Assembly: GCA_040901675.1 (NCBI GenBank)
Contig: JBBDYJ010000015.1
Location: forward strand, 57,396 to 121,395
DNA: 64,000 nt
Direction of reading: 5' to 3'
From: Pirellulales bacterium
Lineage (GTDB): Bacteria; Planctomycetota; Planctomycetia; Pirellulales; JAICIG01
The notes below the pieces were generated by a model, which ran no database searches, had not been told where the DNA came from, and worked only from the letters and a program-made list of their open reading frames with translations. Position numbers and translations under genes: made by a program. How positions within the stretch are numbered: position 1 is the stretch's first letter; the number at the start of each line of letters is the position of its first letter. Positions 1 to 11,028 of the stretch are shown here, piece after piece.

Positions 1-67
1 GCGCCCCTCCAGCACCCCTTGCGGTTCGTCGGCACAGCCGTCGGGAATGATGATGGCGTATTTCACT

Positions 68-1375
68 TCAGTCTCGAATCCGCATCCGGGCGCTGCCGGG
101 GCGCACACACAGCAGCCGGTTGATCTCGTCCAAGGCCGCGGTGGTGGCTCCCTCGCTGGTGCGGTGCGTGATGATCACCAGCGGCACGATGGCCGCCTCG
201 GCCGACGGCGGCTCGTGCTGGATCACCGAGGCGATCGAAATGCCGTTGCGGCCCAGCGCGCCGGTGATGGCCGCCATGACCCCCGGCCGGTCCTCGACGT
301 TGAACCGCAGGTAGAACCGGCCGCAGACGTTGGCATATTGGCGTGCGGCCACGCGGGCCTCGCGCTGCGACCAAAGCTCCAGGGTGCGGAAAGTAATGGC
401 GGTGCGGCCCACCACCGTGTCGATGAGGTCGGCGACCACGGCGGAGGCGGTGGGCATCTGGCCGGCGCCCAGGCCGTGGAAGAACACGCGTCCGACGGCA
501 TCGCCGACGACGGCGATGGCGTTGTAGGCTCCGCGGACTTCGGCCAAGGGCGTGCCGATTTTGACCAGCGTGGGCCAGACGTGCAGTTCCAGTCCTTCGT
601 CCACCAGGTCGGCCGCGGCCAGGAGCTTGATGCGGTAGCCCAGCTCCCTCGCGTAGCGGAGATCGGCGGGGTCGAGGGTGTCGATCCCGCGGCGAGGGAT
701 CTCGCTCCAGTGCACCCGCGCACCGAAGGCCAGGTGCGCCAGGATAGCCAGCTTCTGGGCCGAATCGGTGCCGTCGACGTCCATGCTGGGGTCGGCCTCG
801 GCGTAACCCAGCCGCTGCGCCTCGGCCACCGCGGCGGCGTAGTCGACGCCTTCTTCTTCCATCCGGGTCAGGATGAAATTGCTGGTGCCGTTCAGGATGG
901 CGGTCAGCGACTCGATCTGGTTGGCCGACAGGCACTGGCTGATGTTGGCGATGATCGGGATGCCGCCGGCCACCGAGGCCTCGAAGGCGATCGAGCGGCC
1001 CAGCTCGCGGGCCAGGTCGAACAGCTCGGGCCCATGCTCGGCGAGCAAGGCCTTGTTGGCGGTCACGACGTCCTTGCCGCTTTCGAGCAGGGCCACCATG
1101 ATCGACCGGGCGGGCTCCAGGCCTCCCACCAGGTGCGCCACGGCCTTGATTTCGGGGTCACCGGTGATCCGCTTCAGGTCGCTGGTGAGGATGCCAGCGG
1201 GCAGGGTGCAGTCGCGAGACTTGTTCGTGTCGCGGACGACCACCTGCTGGAGCCACAAGGTGCGGCCGGCGTGCCGCGCGGTCCGGTCGCCGTAGTCGAG
1301 CAGCAGGCGTGCAACTCCGGACCCGACCGTTCCCAGCCCGACGATGCCGACTTTTGTCTTTTCCAATTGGGTCAT
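68..1375 (-). CDS. hom: Homoserine dehydrogenase with C-terminal ACT domain
   Basis: GLGTVG Rossmann motif, VVTANKA, FEASVAGGIP, ILNGTSNFIL, GYAEADP, C-terminal EDRPGV ACT domain. Confidence 0.96.
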   Translation of the reverse strand: MTQLEKTKVGIVGLGTVGSGVARLLLDYGDRTARHAGRTLWLQQVVVRDTNKSRDCTLPAGILTSDLKRITGDPEIKAVAHLVGGLEPARSIMVALLESGKDVVTANKALLAEHGPELFDLARELGRSIAFEASVAGGIPIIANISQCLSANQIESLTAILNGTSNFILTRMEEEGVDYAAAVAEAQRLGYAEADPSMDVDGTDSAQKLAILAHLAFGARVHWSEIPRRGIDTLDPADLRYARELGYRIKLLAAADLVDEGLELHVWPTLVKIGTPLAEVRGAYNAIAVVGDAVGRVFFHGLGAGQMPTASAVVADLIDTVVGRTAITFRTLELWSQREARVAARQYANVCGRFYLRFNVEDRPGVMAAITGALGRNGISIASVIQHEPPSAEAAIVPLVIITHRTSEGATTAALDEINRLLCVRPGSARMRIRD

Positions 1376-1535
1376 TTGTCATTGGTCATTGGTCATTGGT
1401 TCCGCCGAAGGCGGACTTTCTGCACGGTCATTGGTCATTGGTCATTGGTCATTTGTCATTGGTCATTGGTCATTGGTCATTGGTCATTGGTCATTGGTCA
1501 TTGGTCATTGGTTTCGCCGGAGGCGGACTTTCAGC
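1370..1535. repeat. GGTCATT heptamer tandem array (~16 units) interrupted and closed by two CGCCG(A/G)AGGCGGACTTT hairpin units
   Basis: Directly visible: 4 units at 1370-1397, 12 units at 1426-1509; overlaps the hom start codon. Confidence 0.95.
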
Positions 1536-1862
1536 TAGCGCCTCATCGCCCTGTTTCCTCTGCATCTCAAGGAAGAGAGCCGAACCAACGCGAAACCGGT
1601 CATCGTAGGTCGGTTTGGCGTGGCTCGTCAAGGCGGCCGACCGTCCCAGAACCGCCGGGCGCGGCGGCTCCAGTGGAAGTGTTGCACCCGGTTTGGCAGG
1701 GTTGCGGGCGGGAGCCTGCCGGCGGCCGTATTTGCTTGAAGGCCTTCGAGTTGCGGCGAGCGGTTGGAACTTATTTGCGGCCGCTTGCAGTTGCCAAGCG
1801 TGAGCTATGCTTTTTCAGCACATGTTGCACCCACGCCTCTGATTAATGCCAGTTTGCAGACC

Positions 1863-3188
1863 ATGGTCAAGAGCTTACCAACGACAGCCCGCCCCGGCGA
1901 CAAGACTCAGGAATCGGACTTCGAGGACCTGAAGCGCCGGATCCACAGCAAGCTTGTCGACAAGCTCGACATGACCAAGGTCGGCGACCTGGAAGGGGAC
2001 GTGCTGCGGCGCGAGATCCGCCTGGTCGTCGAGCACCTGAGCGACGCCGAGGACACGCTGCTCAACCGCAGCGAGCGCGAACGGCTGGTCGACGAGGTGC
2101 TGGACGAGACCTTCGGCCTGGGCCCGCTGGAGCTGCTGCTGAAGGACTCGACGATCAGCGACATCCTGATCAACGGCCCCAGGAACATCTACGTCGAGCG
2201 CCGCGGCAAGATGGAAAAGACCAACGTGGTGTTCCGCGACAACGCGCACCTGATGCAGATCATCGACCGCATCGTGTCGCGGGTGGGACGCCGCGTGGAC
2301 GAAGTCTGCCCGATGGTCGACGCCCGCTTGCCGGACGGGTCGCGCGTGAACGCGATCATCCCGCCGCTGGCCCTGGACGGGGCCTGTGTCTCGATTCGCC
2401 GTTTCGGCTCGAATCCGCTCAAGCTGGAGGACTTGCTCAACTTCAAGGCCTTCACGCCCGAGATGGTGATGCTGCTGGAAGGCTCGATCAAGGCCCGCTT
2501 GAACATGATCATCTCCGGCGGCACGGGCTCCGGCAAGACGACGCTGCTGAACACGCTTTCCAGCTTCATATCGAACCACGACCGCATCGTGACGATCGAG
2601 GACGCCGCCGAATTGCAGCTCCAGCAGGACCACGTGGTCCGACTGGAGACCCGGCCGCCCAACATCGAGGGTAAAGGCGCGATCACCGCCACCGACCTGG
2701 TCCGCAACGCCCTGCGTATGCGGCCCGAACGCATTATCATCGGCGAGTGCCGCGGACCGGAAACACTCGACATGCTGCAAGCCATGAACACCGGTCACGA
2801 GGGTTCGTTGACCACGCTGCACGCCAACACGCCGCGCGACGCCCTGGCCCGCATCGAGACCATGATCGCCATGGCCGGCTTCGAGCTGCCGCTCAAGGCC
2901 ATGCGGCAGCAGGTTGCCAGCGGCGTGGACCTGATCATCCAGGCCAACCGCCTGCAGGGCGGCCCCCGCAAAATCACGCACATTACCGAGGTCCTCGGGA
3001 TGGAGCAGGAAACGATCGTCATGCAGGACATTTATCACTACGTGCAGGACGGCATCGACGAGAAGGGCCGGGCCTACGGCAAGTTCGAGGCCACGGGAAT
3101 TCGGCCCAGCTTCATGGACCGGCTGGAATCGGCGGGCGTGCGCCTGCCGGCCAGCGCCTTCCGACAACGTGTCATGCTGGTGGACTAA
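1863..3188 (+). CDS. cpaF: Tad/Flp pilus assembly ATPase CpaF/TadA
   Basis: [17 protein letters not shown], Walker [42 protein letters not shown]; start set at ATG 1863. Confidence 0.95.
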   Translation: MVKSLPTTARPGDKTQESDFEDLKRRIHSKLVDKLDMTKVGDLEGDVLRREIRLVVEHLSDAEDTLLNRSERERLVDEVLDETFGLGPLELLLKDSTISDILINGPRNIYVERRGKMEKTNVVFRDNAHLMQIIDRIVSRVGRRVDEVCPMVDARLPDGSRVNAIIPPLALDGACVSIRRFGSNPLKLEDLLNFKAFTPEMVMLLEGSIKARLNMIISGGTGSGKTTLLNTLSSFISNHDRIVTIEDAAELQLQQDHVVRLETRPPNIEGKGAITATDLVRNALRMRPERIIIGECRGPETLDMLQAMNTGHEGSLTTLHANTPRDALARIETMIAMAGFELPLKAMRQQVASGVDLIIQANRLQGGPRKITHITEVLGMEQETIVMQDIYHYVQDGIDEKGRAYGKFEATGIRPSFMDRLESAGVRLPASAFRQRVMLVD

Positions 3189-3190
3189 CT

Positions 3191-4156
3191 ATGAACCCCC
3201 TGTTTATTTCGATTGCCGCGTTCGTGGCCGTGGCCGCCCTGGTGGGGGCGGTGGCGATGTTCCTCCGCGACCGCTCCGGCACCAAGATCGAGGACCGGCT
3301 CGACGTGTTGACGGGGCTGAGCGGCTCGTCGGCCAAGGAGTCGGGGCTCAAGAACACGGTGCTTTCGCACCCGCTGGATGCCGTCCCCGGCGTATTCGAG
3401 GGGATCGTGTCCCGCATCGAGCGCCTCAAACTCCTCTTCGACCAGGCCGATACCTCGTTGACGGCGCCCAAGTTCTTCGCCATTTCCGCGGCGCTCTGCG
3501 GCGTGGGCATGGCGGTGGGGACGTACGCCGGATTCGGCGTGGCCCTGTTGCCGTTGCTGGGACTTGCCATGGGTTCTCTGCCGCTGTTGTGGCTGATCTG
3601 GCGGCGGCGCAAGCGGCTCAAGGCTTTTCAGTCGCAGCTCCCCGACGCACTGGAGCTGATCTCCCGGGCGCTGCGGGCCGGACATAGCCTGGCGGCCGGA
3701 TTCAGCCTGGTCCAGGAGGAAATGCCCGATCCGATCGGAGTGGAGTTCGGCCGCGTGTTCGAAGAGCAAAACCTGGGCATTCCCATGGAAGAGGCGCTGA
3801 CGTCGCTGGCCGACCGGGTGCCCAACCTCGACCTGCGGTTCTTTTCGACCGCCGTGATCCTGCAGCGACAGACGGGCGGCGACCTGGCCGAAATCCTGGA
3901 CAAGATCGGCTACCTGGTCCGCGAACGGTTCAAGATCTGGGGCCAGATCCAGGCCCTTACCGGCGAAGGCCGGCTGTCGGGCGTGGTGCTGCTGGCCCTG
4001 CCGCCCGTGCTGTTCATCGCCGTGTACCGGCTCAACCCGGAATACATCATGATGCTGTTCACCGACCCGATGGGAAAACAAATGCTCGCCGGCGCCATTG
4101 TGCTGCAGTTGCTGGGAGCCGTGTGCATCAAGAAAATCATTAACATTAAGGTTTAA
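3191..4156 (+). CDS. tadB: Tad pilus platform protein TadB (T2SS F family)
   Basis: QLPDALELISRALRAGHSL, QRQTGGDLAEIL, ALTGEGRLSG; starts 2 nt after cpaF. Confidence 0.92.
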   Translation: MNPLFISIAAFVAVAALVGAVAMFLRDRSGTKIEDRLDVLTGLSGSSAKESGLKNTVLSHPLDAVPGVFEGIVSRIERLKLLFDQADTSLTAPKFFAISAALCGVGMAVGTYAGFGVALLPLLGLAMGSLPLLWLIWRRRKRLKAFQSQLPDALELISRALRAGHSLAAGFSLVQEEMPDPIGVEFGRVFEEQNLGIPMEEALTSLADRVPNLDLRFFSTAVILQRQTGGDLAEILDKIGYLVRERFKIWGQIQALTGEGRLSGVVLLALPPVLFIAVYRLNPEYIMMLFTDPMGKQMLAGAIVLQLLGAVCIKKIINIKV

Positions 4157-4163
4157 GCGTTCC

Positions 4164-5144
4164 GTGATCCTCGCAGACCTGATCAATTTCGAGCAAATCG
4201 TCCCCTTCGCCGTCTTCGGCCTGTTCGCGGCCGCCGCCTGGTGGCTGCTGGACCGCATGGCCGCGGGAAAACCGCGGGCCGTGGAACGCCTCGACGAAAT
4301 CAAGAATCCCGCCCTGCGCCGCCGCAAGAGCGACGACGAAGGCAGCCTGGTGAAGAAGTCGGACGCCATGACCCGCGTCCTGGCCAAGGCTGCTCCGGGC
4401 CTGGCCAAGCCGCTGGCCCCCAAGAACGAGCTGGAAGCCAGCAAGCTCAAGCTGAAGCTGGCCAACGCCGGCTTCCGAAACGAGGCGGCGCCTTCGATCT
4501 TCCTCGGTTTAAAGTTCTCCGGCTTGCTGGCCGGCTTGTTCTTCAGCGGCGTCACCGTGGCCGCCATCTCCCAGTTCGATCAGCAGTCGCTGATGACCAT
4601 CGTGCTCACGACCGGCTTCCTCTTCTACCTGCCCGAAATGGTGTTGATGTACATCAGCAAAAAGCGCAAGGAGAGCATCTTCCTCGGCTTGCCCGACGCA
4701 CTCGACTTGATGGTGGTTTGCGTCGAGGCCGGGCTCGGTCTGGACCAGGCCATGCGCAAGGTGTCCGAGGAGATGAAGCGGACCTATAAAGTCATCGCCG
4801 AGGAGTTCGGACTGGCCAACTTCCAGTTGCAGGTCGGACGGGCCAAGGCCGACGTGCTCCACGAACTGGGCATCCGCAGCGGCGTCGACGACCTGCGGAG
4901 CCTGGCCGCCATCCTGATCCAGGCCGACAAGTTCGGCTCCAGCGTGGCCCAGGCCTTGCGGGTCCAAAGCGATTCCATGCGGACCCGCCGGCGCCAACTG
5001 GCCGAGGAAAAGGCCGCCAAGACGGCCGTCAAGCTGATCTTCCCGCTGGTGATCTTCATCTTTCCCGGCATTTTCGTGGTCCTGGTCGGCCCGGCCGCCA
5101 TTACCATGGTCCGCGACATGTTCCCGGTCATGGGTGGCGGTTGA
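4164..5144 (+). CDS. tadC: Tad pilus platform protein TadC (T2SS F family)
   Basis: LPDALDLMVVCVEAGLGLDQA, QADKFGSS, AEEKAAKTAVKLIFPL; GTG start inferred. Confidence 0.92.
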   Translation: MILADLINFEQIVPFAVFGLFAAAAWWLLDRMAAGKPRAVERLDEIKNPALRRRKSDDEGSLVKKSDAMTRVLAKAAPGLAKPLAPKNELEASKLKLKLANAGFRNEAAPSIFLGLKFSGLLAGLFFSGVTVAAISQFDQQSLMTIVLTTGFLFYLPEMVLMYISKKRKESIFLGLPDALDLMVVCVEAGLGLDQAMRKVSEEMKRTYKVIAEEFGLANFQLQVGRAKADVLHELGIRSGVDDLRSLAAILIQADKFGSSVAQALRVQSDSMRTRRRQLAEEKAAKTAVKLIFPLVIFIFPGIFVVLVGPAAITMVRDMFPVMGGG

Positions 5145-5332
5145 TCCGGTTACGAGATTCGGGCTGGCTGCGGGGCAAACGACCGCATTTGCGCGCCCGA
5201 TCGGCCGATAATCCCTGTAGCCGGCCGGTTCATTTCGGTTGCGCGCATTCGGGCGGATCCCGGCCTGCCTGAATCGGCTGCCACCGCGCCGTCAGCCTGA
5301 AAACCTCACCCTCCAGGATGGGAGACTGCACC

Positions 5333-5869
5333 ATGCAGCGTTACCACGTGGCCCTGGCCGCCTTGTTGTCGCTGGCCGTCGTCGGCCAGACGGCCCAAGC
5401 CGCCAATCTGTTCAAGACCTTCACCCGCGACTTCCGACGCAACAACTGCTGGCCGGAGCCGTTCACGCAGCCCGACCGGATCGCCGTTCGCGCCCCCTTG
5501 GCACTCATGGTTCACAACGGATGGCGTTTGCAGAATACGTTGAGCGACCACCACTTCAACCAGGAAACGGCCCAGCTTAACGAGGCGGGCGAATTGAAGG
5601 TGCAGGAGGTTCTCACCGAGGCTCCCGCCCAGTTCCGCACGCTGTTCGTGCTGCGGGATGTCGATCCCAAAGTGACCGCCAATCGACTCAAGTCGGTGGA
5701 AGAAAGCGCCGGACGGCTGGCCATCGACGGCGAGAGCCCGAGCGTGATCCCCGTCGGCACGAAGCCCCGCGGCTGGTCCGCCGACGACATCGACGCCACC
5801 GGCCGCAAGTACCGGGCCAGCATGCCCGAACCGCGGCTGCCCGAGCGTGCCGGCGGGTCGGAAAAGTAG
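5333..5869 (+). CDS. Secreted hypothetical protein next to the tad genes
   Basis: GGAGA RBS, Sec-type signal peptide ending AQA, coding-like codon usage. Confidence 0.7.
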   Translation: MQRYHVALAALLSLAVVGQTAQAANLFKTFTRDFRRNNCWPEPFTQPDRIAVRAPLALMVHNGWRLQNTLSDHHFNQETAQLNEAGELKVQEVLTEAPAQFRTLFVLRDVDPKVTANRLKSVEESAGRLAIDGESPSVIPVGTKPRGWSADDIDATGRKYRASMPEPRLPERAGGSEK

Positions 5870-5989
5870 GCCCGCAAGACCGCCCTGCGGCCGTTTTCGG
5901 CCTCGATCGAACACGGCCTGACACAACTCCTCTTGGCCGAGGGAACCGGCACCGCCGGGATACCACGGCCAAGAGGTTTTTCTTGCGCC

Positions 5990-6079
5990 CGCGTCGGGTT
6001 AGTATCCCACCTGGTTCCCTCGCTTGCGCGTCGGGTTAGTATCCCACCTGGTTCCCTCGCTTGCGCGTCGGGTTAGTAT
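5990..6079. repeat. 37-bp tandem repeat (2.4 copies) of a dispersed AACCCGACGCGCAAGCGAGG-type element
   Basis: Unit CGCGTCGGGTTAGTATCCCACCTGGTTCCCTCGCTTG at 5990 and 6027, partial at 6064; exact 16-bp inverted copy at 8981-8996. Confidence 0.9.
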
Positions 6080-6257
6080 TCCACGCGCAAAGCGTGTCTT
6101 TTCGACCGTCAAATTCTTCGGAATCTTCCCCACTTCGCATGCAGCCTGCCAGCACCGCCGGCCGATGATTACGGCTGACCCAGGACAGACGTTCAGAAGC
6201 AGGTCGCGCACTGCCGTGCCGGCGGTCGACGGCGAGGCTTTCAAGGGAGGTACGCAG

Positions 6258-7565
6258 GTGGGCAAATTGCTGGTCAAACGGCTGGCTCTGGCCGGCCTTC
6301 TCAGCGTGGGACTGGCCGCCACGGGTTGTGCAAGCGGGTCTTCGCTGGCCTCGAATAGTCGCCCGCGACCATCGGCAATCGCATCGGGCAAGTCCGTTCC
6401 CGGCCGATCGCTGGCCTCGGCGCCACGAGTCGCCGGCCCGAACGCTCAGGGCCTCAACACGTCCGAACCGGGGGCGGCCAGCAAGCTGGCTTCGACGGTC
6501 AAGAACTCGAGCATCGGCAAGAGCATGACCTCGGCCTACAGCAAGACCAGGAAAAAGGCGTCGTCGCTGGCCAAGAGGCCGAACGAGCCGCCCGCCGACC
6601 CGATCGCCCTGGACGCCGACGCGGGCCGCCCCGACCCCGATTTTTATGTGTCGGTGGCCCGGCTTCACGAGCAGTCGAACAAGATCCCGTTGGCCAAAGA
6701 GTTCTATGGCCGGGCGCTGGCGTTGGACGAGAACCACCTGGGCGCCATTCTGGGAATGGCCCGCCTGCACGACCGGCAGGGGCAGTTGCCCGAAGCCACC
6801 GGGCTCTACCTGGAAGCGACGCGCCGGCATCCCAAGGACGCCGCCGCGCTCAACGATCTGGGGATTTGCTATGCCCGGCAGCGGATGTTCAACGAGTCGG
6901 CCTCCGCACTGGCGCGGGCCGTCGAGGCACAGCCCAAAAAGCCGCTGTACCGCAACAACCTGGCGACCGTGCTGGTCGAGTTGGGACGCGTCGACGAGGC
7001 GCTGGTTCACTTGAAGGCCGTCCACGGGGCGGCGGTGGCCCACTACAACACCGGCTTCCTGTTGAACCGGCGAGGTGAATTGCAGCAGGCACTCGACCAG
7101 TTTGCCCTGGCGGCCCGGCACGATCCTTCGCTGGAAGGGGCCCAGCAATGGGTAGACTCGCTCTCGCGGCAGATTGCGCAAGCCGCCGCGGCGCCGTCGG
7201 CCGGTTCGGTAGCGGGTACCACCGGGCCGGTTCAGTCCGGTCCCAAGCTGGTGCCGTCGCAACAATCGGATTCGCTGTCCTTGCCGTCACGGCAGCCGGA
7301 CTTGCAGCGTGCCGCGCCGCGTCTGCCGCAGGCCCAGACTTCCTGGCCGGCGGGCGAGCTGCGCCGCACCGACGCGGTCAATCTGGCCCTGCCAGGCAAG
7401 GGGTCCAGCCCGCCGATGCATCACGCTGCCAAGTCTTCTCCTCCGGAGCCGCCGGGCGCGGTGGTGCAGATCTCCGACGAGCCCGCCGAGTTCAGCGAGC
7501 CGGAAGGCCGCCTGCAGCACCTGCCGCCGGTCGATGACCTGCAGTTTCCCCCCAGCCGTTATTGA
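6258..7565 (+). CDS. TPR-repeat lipoprotein (possibly TadD-like)
   Basis: GGAGG RBS before GTG 6258; lipobox-like AATGC; several TPR units (ALNDLG, YRNNLA, AHYNTG); low-complexity tails. Confidence 0.8.
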   Translation: MGKLLVKRLALAGLLSVGLAATGCASGSSLASNSRPRPSAIASGKSVPGRSLASAPRVAGPNAQGLNTSEPGAASKLASTVKNSSIGKSMTSAYSKTRKKASSLAKRPNEPPADPIALDADAGRPDPDFYVSVARLHEQSNKIPLAKEFYGRALALDENHLGAILGMARLHDRQGQLPEATGLYLEATRRHPKDAAALNDLGICYARQRMFNESASALARAVEAQPKKPLYRNNLATVLVELGRVDEALVHLKAVHGAAVAHYNTGFLLNRRGELQQALDQFALAARHDPSLEGAQQWVDSLSRQIAQAAAAPSAGSVAGTTGPVQSGPKLVPSQQSDSLSLPSRQPDLQRAAPRLPQAQTSWPAGELRRTDAVNLALPGKGSSPPMHHAAKSSPPEPPGAVVQISDEPAEFSEPEGRLQHLPPVDDLQFPPSRY

Positions 7566-7633
7566 TCAGTTTATTGATCAGCGGCTCGATGGGGCTCTAA
7601 AACATCCGGGCACCGGCTGGTAGGCTAGAGGTT

Positions 7634-8905
7634 ATGCCTCGGCCATCACGACCCAAGCCGCCCGTTGACAGCGCCACCCAAGACGTGCGGATGCGGGGCT
7701 TCGCCGCGCGGCAAACCGTGGAAGCGGCCCTGGCCTGGCTCGATTCGCATTTGGCGCCCCTGGATGCCGAATCAGTGCCGCTTGGATCCGCCGCCGGCAG
7801 GGTGCTGGCCGAGCCGGTCACCAGCGGCATCGACGTGCCGGGCTTCGACCGGGCCATGATGGATGGCTACGCGGTGCGGGGTGAGGAGACGCAGGGCGCA
7901 TCCGGCTATAACACGCTGCCGCTGGCGGTGGTCGGCGAGTCGCTGCCCGGCCGGCCCTATGCATTGGTGCTCGAAGCGGGACAAGCGGTCCGCATCATGA
8001 CCGGCGCGCCCTTGCCGGACGGCGCCGATGCGGTCCTGCCCGCCGAACAGGTCGAAATCCGCGAGGACCGCGTCCTGGCGGCCGGCGAAGTGCCGCCCGG
8101 AAAGCACGTGGGCCGCCGCGGAGAGGACGTGGCCGCCGGCACGGTCGTGCTGGCACGCGGCCGGCGATTGCGGCCCCAGGACCTGGGAGTGCTGTCGTCG
8201 ATCGGTCAGGCGAACGTCCCGGTCGTGCGGCGCCCGCGAGTGAGGATCGTGATTACGGGCAACGAGCTGCTGCCGGCCGGCCAGCAACCCACCGGCCATT
8301 CGATCGCGGATGCCAACGGTCCGATGCTGGCCGCGCTGGTCGAGCGCGACGGCGGCATTGCCGTGAACCCAGGCATTGTGCCCGACCGGGCCGATGCGAT
8401 CCTGGCGGCGCTCGGCGACGAGGCCGACGTGATCGTCGTCTCGGGTGGCTCCAGCGTGGGAGAGGAGGACCAGGCGCCCGTGCTGCTGGCGCGGCACGGA
8501 GAGCTGGCGGTCCACGGCATCGCCATGCGCCCCAGCAGCCCCACGGGGATGGGCCGGCTGGACGGCCGGCTGGTGTTCCTGCTGCCGGGCAACCCGGTCT
8601 CCTGCCTGTGCGCTTACGACTTTTTCGCCGGCCGGGCCATTCGCGCGCTAGGCGCCAGGCCTCTCGCCTGGCCGTACCCGGCGATTCGTGCGCCGCTGGC
8701 CCGCAAGCTGACCTCCGTGGTGGGCCGGCTCGATTATGCCCGCGTGCGGATCGAGGCGGGCCGGGTCGAGCCGCTGGCGATCGGCGGCGCTTCGGTCCTT
8801 TCGTCGACCACGCGGGCCGACGGCTTCGTGGTCATCCCCGCCGACAGCGAAGGCTATCCGGCCGGCGCCGAGGTGCAAGTCAATCTGTATGAGGCTGAAG
8901 GCTGA
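7634..8905 (+). CDS. moeA: Molybdopterin/tungstopterin metal insertase MoeA (short form)
   Basis: PGFDRAMMDGYAVR, RIMTGAPLPDGADAV, SGGSSVG, LPGNPVS. Confidence 0.95.
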   Translation: MPRPSRPKPPVDSATQDVRMRGFAARQTVEAALAWLDSHLAPLDAESVPLGSAAGRVLAEPVTSGIDVPGFDRAMMDGYAVRGEETQGASGYNTLPLAVVGESLPGRPYALVLEAGQAVRIMTGAPLPDGADAVLPAEQVEIREDRVLAAGEVPPGKHVGRRGEDVAAGTVVLARGRRLRPQDLGVLSSIGQANVPVVRRPRVRIVITGNELLPAGQQPTGHSIADANGPMLAALVERDGGIAVNPGIVPDRADAILAALGDEADVIVVSGGSSVGEEDQAPVLLARHGELAVHGIAMRPSSPTGMGRLDGRLVFLLPGNPVSCLCAYDFFAGRAIRALGARPLAWPYPAIRAPLARKLTSVVGRLDYARVRIEAGRVEPLAIGGASVLSSTTRADGFVVIPADSEGYPAGAEVQVNLYEAEG

Positions 8906-9122
8906 AGGCTGAAGGAGGAAGGCAAAAGGCAGAAGGCAGAAGGCAGAAGGCAGAAGGCAGAAGGCAAGATGAAACGAATGATACTAACCCGACGCGGGTT
9001 CCGGCGGGCTCGACCCGCCCCGAGCCCATCGAGGGGCGCCAGCGAGGAAGTGGCTGCGCGCGCCCTGTCGCAAGTTCCAAGTTCCAAGTCCCAAGTTCTA
9101 AGTCCTAAGTTCTAAGATCTAA
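8893..9122. repeat. Intergenic repeat cluster: GAAGGCT/GAAGGCA heptamer array, interrupted AACCCGACGCG..CCAGCGAGG element, CCAAGTT heptamer array
   Basis: Directly visible. Confidence 0.9.
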
Positions 9123-9126
9123 ATCC

Positions 9127-11028
9127 GTGTCCCAGGACCAGTTTCTCGATGTGATCGACCTCGATGAGGCGCAGCGGCGCTTCCACGCGGTGCTGCGCTT
9201 GGAACCGCTGGGCGAGGAACCGGTGCCGTTGGAAGCGGCCCTGGAACGTGTGCTGTCGCGCGACGTGACGGCCGAAGTGGATGTGCCTTCGTTTGACCGC
9301 TCGAACTTCGATGGTTTTGCGGTCCGGGCGGCCGACACGTATTCGGCGACGGAAGAGGCCCCCCGCACGCTGCGGCTGCTCGACGAAGTGCTGGCTACGG
9401 GCGTGGTGCCCAAGAGTCAGGTCAAGCCCGGCACGGCCGTGTCGATCGCCACGGGAGGGATGCTGCCGCGCGGAGCCGATGCGGTGGTGATGGTCGAACA
9501 CGCCGACATCCGCGAGGGCCGGGTGCTGGTGAGCAAGGCGGTCACACCCGGCTTCGGTGTGGCCTTTGCCGGCACCGACATCGGCGCCGGCGAGATCGTG
9601 CTGCGACGCGGCACGGAGCTGACCAGCCGCGAGACCGGAGTGCTGGCCGCCATCGGCGCCGCCGAAGTGTATGTATGGCGCCGGCCCCGCGTGGCCGTGA
9701 TTTCGACGGGAGACGAGATTATCGAGCCGGAGCATCCGATGAGTCCGGCCATGGTCTACGACTCGAACGGCCGCATCCTGGCCGACGCGGTGCGCGAGCT
9801 GGGGGCCGAGCCGATCAGCTACGGCATCGCGCCCGACGACCTGGACCTTCTGCGCTCGCGGCTGCACGAGGCGCTGGAGCAGGCCGACGTCGTGCTCCTG
9901 TCCGGCGGCACTTCGAAAGGGGAAGGCGATTTATCGTATCGCGTGGCGGGCGAGCTGGACGATCCGGGCATCGTGGCCCACGGCGTGGCGCTCAAGCCGG
10001 GCAAGCCGATCTGCCTGGCCGCCAGCCGCGGCAAGCCGGTGATTATCCTGCCCGGTTTTCCCACGTCGGCGATCTTCACGTTCCACGAGTTCGCGGCACC
10101 GGTCATCCGGGCCTTCGGCGGGCGCAGGGCCGAGCCGCGCTCGACGCTCGACGCCCGGCTGGCGGTGAAGGTCAACTCCGAGATCGGCCGCACCGAGTAT
10201 CTGCTGGTAGGGCTGGTCGACTCGCCTGAGGGTCTGTCGGCCTGGCCGATGGGTCAAGGCTCCGGCTCGGTGACCACGTTCAGCCGGGCCGACGGCTTTG
10301 TGACCATCGGCCGGCACCGGGAGATTGTCGAGGCGGGCGCCGCAGTCCAGGTGCACCTTCTGGCCAGCGAGCTGCGCGTGAGCGACCTGGTGGTCATCGG
10401 CAGCCATTGCGTGGGTCTCGATTACCTGCTGGGGCAGTTGCAGGACCAGGGACTGGCGACCAAGTTCCTGGCGGTCGGCAGCACGGCGGGCTTGCAGGCG
10501 GCCCAGCGCGGCCAGTGCGACGTGGCCGGCATTCATCTCCTGGACCCCGACAGCGGCCAATACAACCGCCCGTTTATCACGCCGGGCCTGGAGCTGATGG
10601 AAGGTTACGGCCGCGTGCAGGGCATCGTGTTCCGGCCCGGCGACCGGCGGTTTGCCGGCTCGGCCATCGAGGCGGTTGAGCGCGTGAAGCGCGACGCGGA
10701 TTGCGTGATGGTCAATCGCAACCAGGGGAGCGGAACGCGGATCCTCATCGACCGCCTGTTGGGTGGCGACCGGCCCGCCGGCTACGCCGTCCAGGCCCGC
10801 AACCACAATGCCGTGGCGGCGGCGGTGGCGCAGGGACGAGCCGACTGGGGAGTGGCGATCGAATGGGTAGCCGGCCACAACGGCCTTGGCTTTTTGCGTT
10901 TGGCGGATGAACGCTACGACTTCGTGGTGCCCGAGGCCCGCCGCGACCGGCCCGCAGTCGTCGCCCTGCGCAAGCTGTTGGCCGAAGACCGCGTTCGCCG
11001 CCGCCTCGCCGAGATGGGATTCGTCTGA
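9127..11028 (+). CDS. moeA: MoeA fused to a C-terminal periplasmic-binding-protein-like (PBP) domain
   Basis: [33 protein letters not shown], then [24 protein letters not shown]-domain motifs. Confidence 0.92.
   Translation: MSQDQFLDVIDLDEAQRRFHAVLRLEPLGEEPVPLEAALERVLSRDVTAEVDVPSFDRSNFDGFAVRAADTYSATEEAPRTLRLLDEVLATGVVPKSQVKPGTAVSIATGGMLPRGADAVVMVEHADIREGRVLVSKAVTPGFGVAFAGTDIGAGEIVLRRGTELTSRETGVLAAIGAAEVYVWRRPRVAVISTGDEIIEPEHPMSPAMVYDSNGRILADAVRELGAEPISYGIAPDDLDLLRSRLHEALEQADVVLLSGGTSKGEGDLSYRVAGELDDPGIVAHGVALKPGKPICLAASRGKPVIILPGFPTSAIFTFHEFAAPVIRAFGGRRAEPRSTLDARLAVKVNSEIGRTEYLLVGLVDSPEGLSAWPMGQGSGSVTTFSRADGFVTIGRHREIVEAGAAVQVHLLASELRVSDLVVIGSHCVGLDYLLGQLQDQGLATKFLAVGSTAGLQAAQRGQCDVAGIHLLDPDSGQYNRPFITPGLELMEGYGRVQGIVFRPGDRRFAGSAIEAVERVKRDADCVMVNRNQGSGTRILIDRLLGGDRPAGYAVQARNHNAVAAAVAQGRADWGVAIEWVAGHNGLGFLRLADERYDFVVPEARRDRPAVVALRKLLAEDRVRRRLAEMGFV

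Noticed and set aside
47..1846. 599-aa plus-strand ORF
   Set aside because: Antisense shadow of hom plus a translated heptamer array (SLVIGHW repeats)
5990..6079. 37-bp repeats as CRISPR
   Set aside because: The units are head-to-tail with no spacers
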